This document shows, one piece after another, positions 56,315 through 64,000 of a DNA stretch of 64,000 nt; the stretch's first letter is position 1, and each line of letters opens with the position of its first letter. The notes under the pieces were generated by a model. The model searched no databases. It worked only from the letters and a program-made list of their open reading frames with translations, and had not been told where the DNA came from. The stretch lies in assembly GCF_009914755.1 (NCBI RefSeq), contig NC_060927.1; one strand, written 5' to 3'. Origin of the DNA: the human T2T-CHM13v2.0 reference genome, Homo sapiens. Both the position numbers and the translations under genes were made by a program.

Positions 56315-57379
56315 CAAGAAAGCTGTCTGATTTAGAAATCCCCTTGAAAAGTTCTGATGTACATGCAGGTTTAGGGGAAACTAAAGGAAAGATAATAGAA
56401 GTAAGAGAAAAACCACAGCAAATTAAGGCTTTTCAAAAGTTACTTTAGAAATATATCTGCAAAAGTGACAAGAGGAACAGGAAGAAGGTCATGGAGTGAA
56501 TGGGAAAAAAAGAAACAGAGAGTTAGATTAACAAAACTACTTGATAGGACTGGTAAAATAGTCTATGGAATGATGTCTAGGAATATACTTTGTAAATGAT
56601 AAAGCACGCTTGAAATATTTATTATCATTACTCTACACTGGGAGAAATAATGGAATTTAGAGAAATGATTTTGGAGGTCTAAATCCAAGGCCTAAGAGAA
56701 TAAAAATTTGAAAGAGAAATAAAGAAGTTTAAAGTAATATCATAAAACTGCTATAATGACAAGGCATAAGTGATAAAAAATAGGAAAGAAAATTATAAAA
56801 ATCAAAAGTTAAAAACTGCTCAATATATTAGGAAGTATAAGGTATTTATTACTTTAAGTTAAAAAAGATAATATACCTCTCTTAGGATGAATGAGGAAAA
56901 TATATGGTGGTTAAGTAAAAGGTTAAAAATAATTTGTACCTTAAATCTGTTAAAACTTTAAAGCCATAGTCACAAGCAAGATAAGAGTGAATTCATTCCA
57001 GGTGCAAACAAAGGAGCCACACATTCTTTAACCAACAGAGAAGACTCTTATGAGAGGAAAGAATACAGGGACAATGCCCAGGAAAACCAGGTGGATAAAA
57101 GTGAGAATTGCCTTCTTCCAACTGGCATCAAAGCCTGGGATGAGAAAATACACATCAACTCAAATCCTTTGTTAAAAGCTTTGATTTATAACTGTTCATA
57201 TTTTATGTAATCATCTTAATGCATTAATTAAAATGTAGGGGATAGTAATTATGAATTCATCACCAACGACAGATACATGCATTTTCTCAGGTTTTGCTTT
57301 TATTATATATTTTTTTCCTATTTTATCCCACCAAATCTTCACTGTGTAAGATACTAAAAATATGAACATCCATCCTCAT

Positions 57380-57830
57380 GCCATACATTATTCTAATCAC
57401 ATTTCTCAGAGACTGCCACCCGGGTCTATATATTTACAGATCTTCTTCCTACCCATTTTTTTCTGCATTTCTTCGAAAACACACATACACTTATTTACAC
57501 AGTTTACTTTTTAAACAAAGTGGGACTTTTACTATAGACGATATTCTGCAATGTGGGTTTCTTAAAGGGATTTTTGTATCTTCAAAATATTTTCATGGCA
57601 GTAAATAGCATAGCATCCTATACTATGCATATATGACAGTTTATCCATTTCTGCACCTGTTAATTTTAAGCTTGATTGTTTTCTGTTATTGAAAAGAATC
57701 CTGAAGTATCTCTGTACAAACATCTTTGAGCATCTGTGAGATACATTTCTATAAGATACATTCCTACAAGGGAAATCCTTGGGTCTGAGTATGAATGCTT
57801 TTAAAAATAATTTTAATTAAAATCATTATC
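57380..57830 (-). mobile_element. Very old L1 (L1ME-like) fragment
   Basis: atattctgcaatgtgggtttctta, atttctataagatacattcctacaagggaaatccttgggtc. Confidence 0.55.
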
Positions 57831-58789
57831 CAAATGGACTTTTTTTATGGTATAATGTTCATATTTACTTGCCAAAGAATTATGTACAATATTGTTATTT
57901 TAAATGAATTTCAACACTGCATAATTTAATCCAATTTGATATATACTATTATCAGAATATATAGTTATTGTGAAAATTACATATTTTTAAATTTTTAATG
58001 TCACAGCTCATTATTTCCCATCAGGGAACTTTAGATACTATCAGAAAGCTCAAGTCCAAGTTTCTGATGCTTCATGCATACTATATTAAAATTATAAAAT
58101 CATTATGTTCTAAGAATATTACTCTACGAATTGTTCCCCAGAAAAAAAGAAGTTCGGTTTCTTGAACTTGAAATTTAAAACAAATCAACCCCATTCAAAT
58201 TAAATTAAATGTGGTCTGTGTAATTGGTGTTACAAAAAAATCAACTGAGACTATATTATAGGAAAGAGAAAACAGTTATCTTCTCATTTAAGAACAAGCA
58301 TTTGTTTAAAAATGTTGGTTTTTTCTAAGTGAAGTTACTTGTAGCATCCATATATAATTACTTTCATTGCTGCCTATATGTATATGACTGACTCATATTC
58401 CAAAGTGATAATAGATAAAAGTGGTAAAATGTACATCGCTTGTAATCAATCACAGATAGGTGAGATGAGGGAGAAATATACGACAATACTAACTCCAGGT
58501 TTGTTTACTTTGTGGGTGGGGAATAGTAATCTTATTGCTTGAGGAACATTTAAGAAGGAGAAAGAATAGATTCCTTTGGACTTTACTTCATATCTGAGAA
58601 GGCGATGCAGCATATACGTAGATAACACACAGGGTAGCTGAAAACGCACCTGAAAGATCGGGGTTAGAGATATAGAATTGGAAAACATCTGTCAAGATAT
58701 GAAAATTAGAGACTTGTTTCAGGTTGGCACGAATCATTTAGGAACAAAACATAGAATACACACTAAATGGAAAACTTAAAGGGCCTGAA

Positions 58790-58910
58790 TGAGAACACTT
58801 CATGAAAGCAGAGAATTTGTTCTTCTGTTTTGTTCATAACTTTATCCCTAGCATCTGGAATTACATATGATACAAAGCAGAAGCTCAATAACAATTTGCT
58901 GAGTAAATGT
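58790..58910 (+). mobile_element. L2 3' end
   Basis: catgaaagcagag...ttttgttcataactttatccctagcatctgga...gctcaataacaatttgctgagtaaatg. Confidence 0.6.
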
Positions 58911-59636
58911 ATAGACTATTGTTTATTTTGTTCCTTCTTTTGGATGTGAACCCATTATAAGATTATGATACAGATATTATAATGAAATCAACAGTCAGGA
59001 TACTGAAGCATTCTTGCCATGTGGTCAATTTCCTTATCTCTCCAATAAAAATAAATTAATACTTACTTAAAAAGTAAGATTAAATGAGATAATCTGTTTG
59101 AAGGATTTAGCCCAGTGACTAACTGATCCTTGAAAAGACGTGACACATAAATTGTAGCTATTCCCATTATCATTCATTTAAACTCTGGACTGATAATTCA
59201 GTTTGTGAATATTTACCCTCATTCCACCAATAACTTACTGAAATACTGAGAAAATTGATTGCGGTTTGCAGTTAACTTTTCCCTTTGAGTAAATCACTGG
59301 TAACCAGACTACTTACCATAATTTAAATTTAGAGTAAATATTCAAACAATATATTAAATCCAAGTTTTTAACAATTTTTACGAAAATAAAAACTCTAATC
59401 CAATATTGTTTACATTTTTTATAATTGGCATTTCTTCTCCACATAAAAATTGTATTTAATGTGCCAAACTATTTTGGAAACAATGTTTAAGTACTCTATG
59501 ATGTTCATAACATTTTCTCACAGCTGGTCTTCATAATTTTATATGTTGTTTAGTTGCCAAAGCCCAAAATACAAAACCATTATAAGAAAGAATTTATTCC
59601 AAAATTATATATTTGTACTGAAAAATATACTATTTA

Positions 59637-59939
<303 letters not shown>

Positions 59940-60224
59940 TCACTCTTATAACCAAGTTAGACCTTGTTTTATAGACATATTTGCCTTTTAGGTTTATTTG
60001 GTATAATTTCAGAATTCCATTAACTTAATTGCCATAAATAATCTATACAAGCAAAATCAGAAAGCCTATCCAAAGTATCAGATTTTAGGTTTGGTTTTAT
60101 GTTGTTTTTGCTGAACTTGGTTGATTTCAGAAACACGGAGGATTGCCCATTCAAAATTCATATTAGTTTGGTGTCAATAAAATTGAAGTATATATGTAGA
60201 AATGACTGTCAACCAAGAACTTGA

Positions 60225-61026
60225 TTCCCCTCATTCTCTCTACCTACCACCAGTCCTCAACACCCTCATCTTTTGCCTGGACTGTTACAATAGTTTTATA
60301 ACCTGCTTTCTGCTTCTCCTCCTGAAGGAAGAGTAATCAATTTAGAAAACACAAAACTAAACTAAAATTAGATCACAACTCTGCTGCTTAACATTCTCCA
60401 AAGACATCTCCGCGTTTATAATAAAAGCCACCTCTTTATAAATGACCCATAATTCCACATGTGACCAGGCTAGATCTTCCATTCCAACCTCAGAGCTGAT
60501 CAGACGCTCCCAAATTATGGGCTCCTTCTCAGTCCTTTGTTTTCTTGCCTGAACACATCAGTCCTGACCCAGTTTCAGGACCTTTACCCGTGGTGTTCCT
60601 TCTTCCTCAGATGCCTTTCTTCAGATGGTTCCATGGCTGGCTCCTCTCAGCGCTTGTTTTTCTCCTAGAGGCTTTTTATTGAACTCTTAACTAAAACAAC
60701 GCTGGAATCCATGCCTCAGTCAGTCTCTATCCTCTGATTTACTTCATGTTCTTCATATTCCTACAGAACCTGAAGGTCTTTTTCTTTCTCTCCTTCCTTC
60801 CTTCCTCCCTCCCTCCCTCTCTCCCTCCCTCCCTCCCTACCTTCCTTCCTCCCTCCCTCCCTCTTTCTTCTCCTTCCTTTCTTCCTTCCTTCCTACCCCC
60901 TTTCTTCTCTTTCCTTCCTTTCTCCCTCTCCCTCTCTGTATTGCTTTTCCTTCCTTCCATCCTTCTTTCCTTTCTTTCATTTGTTCTTTCTTTCTGTCGG
61001 TTCTTTCTTTTCTTTTCTTTCTTTCT

Positions 61027-61066
<40 letters not shown>

Positions 61067-61315
61067 TTTCTTTCTATCTTTCTTCTTTCTTTCCTTCTTT
61101 CTTTCTTTAATTTTTCTTTCCCTCCCTCCCTTCCTCCCTTCCTTCATTCCATCCTTCCTTTCTTCCTTCCTTCCTTCCTTTCCCTGTTTATATACAGAAA
61201 GTAAGCCCAATGAATGTAGGAATATAGTGTGTTTTGTTTGCTATCGTATATTTAGTGCCTAGTTCAGGGTCTCCCCTATAGTAGGCCTTCAATAAATACG
61301 TCAAATGAATAAATG
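60225..61315 (+). mobile_element. L2a 3' fragment interrupted by a polypyrimidine tract
   Basis: tcatcttttgcctggactgttacaatag, tcaggacctttacccgtggtgttccttct; 3' end tagtaggccttcaataaatacgtcaaatgaataaatg. Confidence 0.75.
60779..61184. repeat. ~400-bp CT-rich composite repeat (CCTT)n/(CCCT)n/(CTTT)n
   Basis: Near-pure pyrimidine tract. Confidence 0.97.
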
Positions 61316-61378
61316 TCAATTTTTCACATGCAAATTAAAATAAGTATGCATATTAGTAATGTCAAAAGACATGTTTCT

Positions 61379-61800
61379 GTGTCAAGTATCTTCAGCTTAT
61401 TACTTAAAATCCATCTCCAAACCCTTCACCCTGCTAAGTGCCATGGAGAAACTGGTCCATTTGGACAGCATCAATAGCTTGGCTTCTGCTTGACTTTGGC
61501 CAATGTTAAGCATTTACAAGTGATTATAGGGTAAGGGGAGGGTGAGCTCAGGAGTGTTTCCCAACCAGATTGATCCTAGTTGGCTGCAGCCCTGTAACCC
61601 TCTGCAAAAGGCCTCAGACCTATCAGATGAACATCTCTCTACAGCTACCTTTTTCAGGCCTGAGTGGTAAGAATTTCTCCTTCTGACAAGCCCAAGGGTA
61701 GTTTTCTTTAAACTTTGCATGAAGTTTTGTTAATTGCCCCTTTGTTATGCTCTACTCAAAATATCATTATAATGTGCTATCTATTTCCTGGTGAGACCTT
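61379..61800 (+). mobile_element. LTR33-like ERVL LTR
   Basis: cccttcaccctgctaagtgcc...ggacagcatcaat...tttggccaatg...gtgctatctatttcctg. Confidence 0.6.
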
Positions 61801-62526
61801 TATTTTGAAATTTTATGCAAAAGATTTTTCATCCAGGTTTCAAAATCAATGATGAATTCATTCCTCACTTGGTGTCATGATATAATAAGAAAAGAGATAT
61901 GAGGAGCACCCAACTTAAAACAAATTTATGTAGGCTTGAAATTTTTTGGAAGGTATTATTCTCTTTCTCTAATCTAAAAATGAATATGTATATGTTCATT
62001 TGAATATATTTATTTTTATATTCAAATAGCCACTAAGTAAAGCAAGTTACCTAAGTCAAGCAACTTAGGTAATTTGTCCACTAGAAGACCTTGGTCATAT
62101 ATATATGACTATTTGAAGGGCAATGAATACATGAAATGTTTTATTTGATACTTCGGGAATGTGTACAGTTTATACTGTGGTTTTCTGTTCTCTTGGCTCC
62201 ACTACAGCATACCCTGGAATAACCTGTGGTCCATTTTGAGATATATGACTTTGGAGAAGACAAGCACCAAATAATAGAAATGTACACGTTTGTCTTTGGA
62301 TCTTACCTCTTTTGTTTACTTTCTATTTCAAGGCTTCATGAAACTTTCAGCCTAAAGATTAATTCCCCTGATAAAAACAAAAGTTCATGCTCATAAATTA
62401 CAAAAGTTAAATGATTCAATGACACCATCAAACCAATTCGAATAACATATGTGAATTTAATCTCCTGGAAATAGTATGTATGCTTTGTTGTGACTTTAAG
62501 AGTCACTTGATGATGAGAATATCAGC

Positions 62527-62606
62527 TACATGGATAGATAAAAAATAAGATAACCACTGGGTAAGTTACATGGATGGATAGAAAAATAAGATTGCCACTG
62601 GGTAAG
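62527..62606. repeat. ~40-bp tandem duplication
   Basis: tacatggat(a/g)gata(g)aaaaataagat(aa/tg)ccactgggtaag occurs twice. Confidence 0.92.
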
Positions 62607-62648
62607 AAGCTTTTATTGTCAAAATTTGTCTACTGAAATCTTGTAAAT

Positions 62649-62803
62649 CAGTGATTCCCAACTTTGGCTGATTGTCAGAATTGCCCAATACACTTTTAAA
62701 AATTCAGGTTGTCAGACCCTGGCACAGAACTACTGAATTCAAATGTCTGGGATTTAGCCTGATAATTTTTATTTCAGCTACCCCAGGTTATCCTGGTGAT
62801 CAA
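62649..62803. mobile_element. MER5A-like MITE
   Basis: cagtgattcccaactttggctg...tcagaattgcc...ctactgaattcaaatgtctggg...ccccaggttat. Confidence 0.7.
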
Positions 62804-64000
62804 CTGTTGTGAATTACCTTTTGTGGCATCTTACTAAACTCAGTCCAATTATATTTCCCCAAATCTGTAGATTTGTATTAATTTATTTTGCGTTCCCAGA
62901 TGTGTTACCAATTACATTTCACTGTATGATTTCCGTTTCTTCAATAGCACCACTTTTTGAGAGGAAGAAGTGTTTTAATTTTGATCTTGACTCATTTGTG
63001 GGGGAGGAAGTGTTTCTAAGTATGAATTAGAAAATATGGTTGACTCAAGATGTATTCATTTAAGAGAAAGAAATATAAATTTCTATAAAATCCTTTTAGC
63101 TTTAAGCATTAGCCAATATTAATGTCTTAATGTAATTTGCAATCACAAGGCATCATATCCTTAATCTAATAAGAATTGAAATATTTTGGAAAGAGAGTAG
63201 AAAAATAATGATAAGATAAATTAAATTATAGGTGCACCTTAATTTATAAGATAGATGGTTTCTGAGAGATTGGCTGTTTAGGTAATTTCTATTAACTAAA
63301 TTATATTTTCCCATTGAGTTGGGTTTATAATGGAAAAGGCATGATTTTGGAGTGAAATACAAAGAAGAATGTGGTTGTGAGGCAAAAAAGAAGGCAAACA
63401 TAACTTTGATGTAAAATTATTTTAAAACTCATATATTAAATTTAAATTATCAATGTTGATGAAATAATACCTAAATACATCAAAAACAGTGCAACCCAAT
63501 TCCTAAGCATTTAAGGCTCTGACCGTCATTAAAGGAAATGAATCCTGTAGGTAGAAACAGCCTAGATAATGCTCATTGTTGCTTCCTCCATTGGTGTAAT
63601 GTGGTATGTCTATATCCCCAGTAAGAATTGCCTTTAAAAAAAAATCCTAAGCTTATAACAAACTTTAATTCTTACTGATGCTGCAATTATTTTTGTTTAC
63701 TATGAGTATGCAAAACTATTGTGATTGAGGAGGTGTAGTTAGAAATGGTGTTTATAAATGCTAGATTTATTCTCTGCACCTTCAGTAACCTACAACAGTT
63801 CCTATCAGTTAACGTGCATTTAGTATTTTGATACACTTTCGTTTCTCCATGTTAACTTCCTTTTAGTGAGGTCTGTACAAATACTTTCAAAATCATTACA
63901 GTTGTGTGGAATCTCATTTTCTTCATTTTTCAGGCTGAATTTTAGATGGTATAAACATATAGTCAACAGACTCTAAACTTTAAATGCACTGAATTTTTTT

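Noticed and set aside
60739-61262. ORFs of 73-152 aa rich in F/L/S/P or K/R/E, superficially like membrane or charged proteins
   Set aside because: Artefacts of the CT-rich simple repeat, which lacks stop codons

Overview
This is AT-rich primate nuclear DNA, most likely human or ape (AluY, L1PA5/6-type, THE1 and MER50 elements). I see no CpG island, no recognisable protein-coding gene, no RNA gene and no CRISPR or other prokaryotic feature, and I could not name the locus. Much of the window is interspersed repeat: about 20 Alus, five L1 pieces, five LTRs, plus MIR, L2, CR1 and hAT MITE remnants and microsatellites. All five L1 pieces and all three MaLR LTRs lie on the minus strand, which suggests, but does not show, a long intron of a plus-strand gene. 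The only long ORF (484 aa) is the C-terminal part of L1 ORF2 fused in frame to ATGs in flanking DNA. I found no convincing new biological system. The best leads are: (1) that chimeric ORF2 reading frame, (2) a ~340-bp non-tandem local duplication with a microsatellite expanded in one copy, (3) two overlapping perfect 14-bp inverted repeats typical of template switching, (4) a repeat-free, CpG- and motif-rich candidate enhancer/CTCF block near 37 kb, (5) several frame-preserving candidate small exons, and (6) nested or mosaic Alus. Subfamily calls and boundaries of old repeats are by eye from remembered consensus sequences and are approximate.
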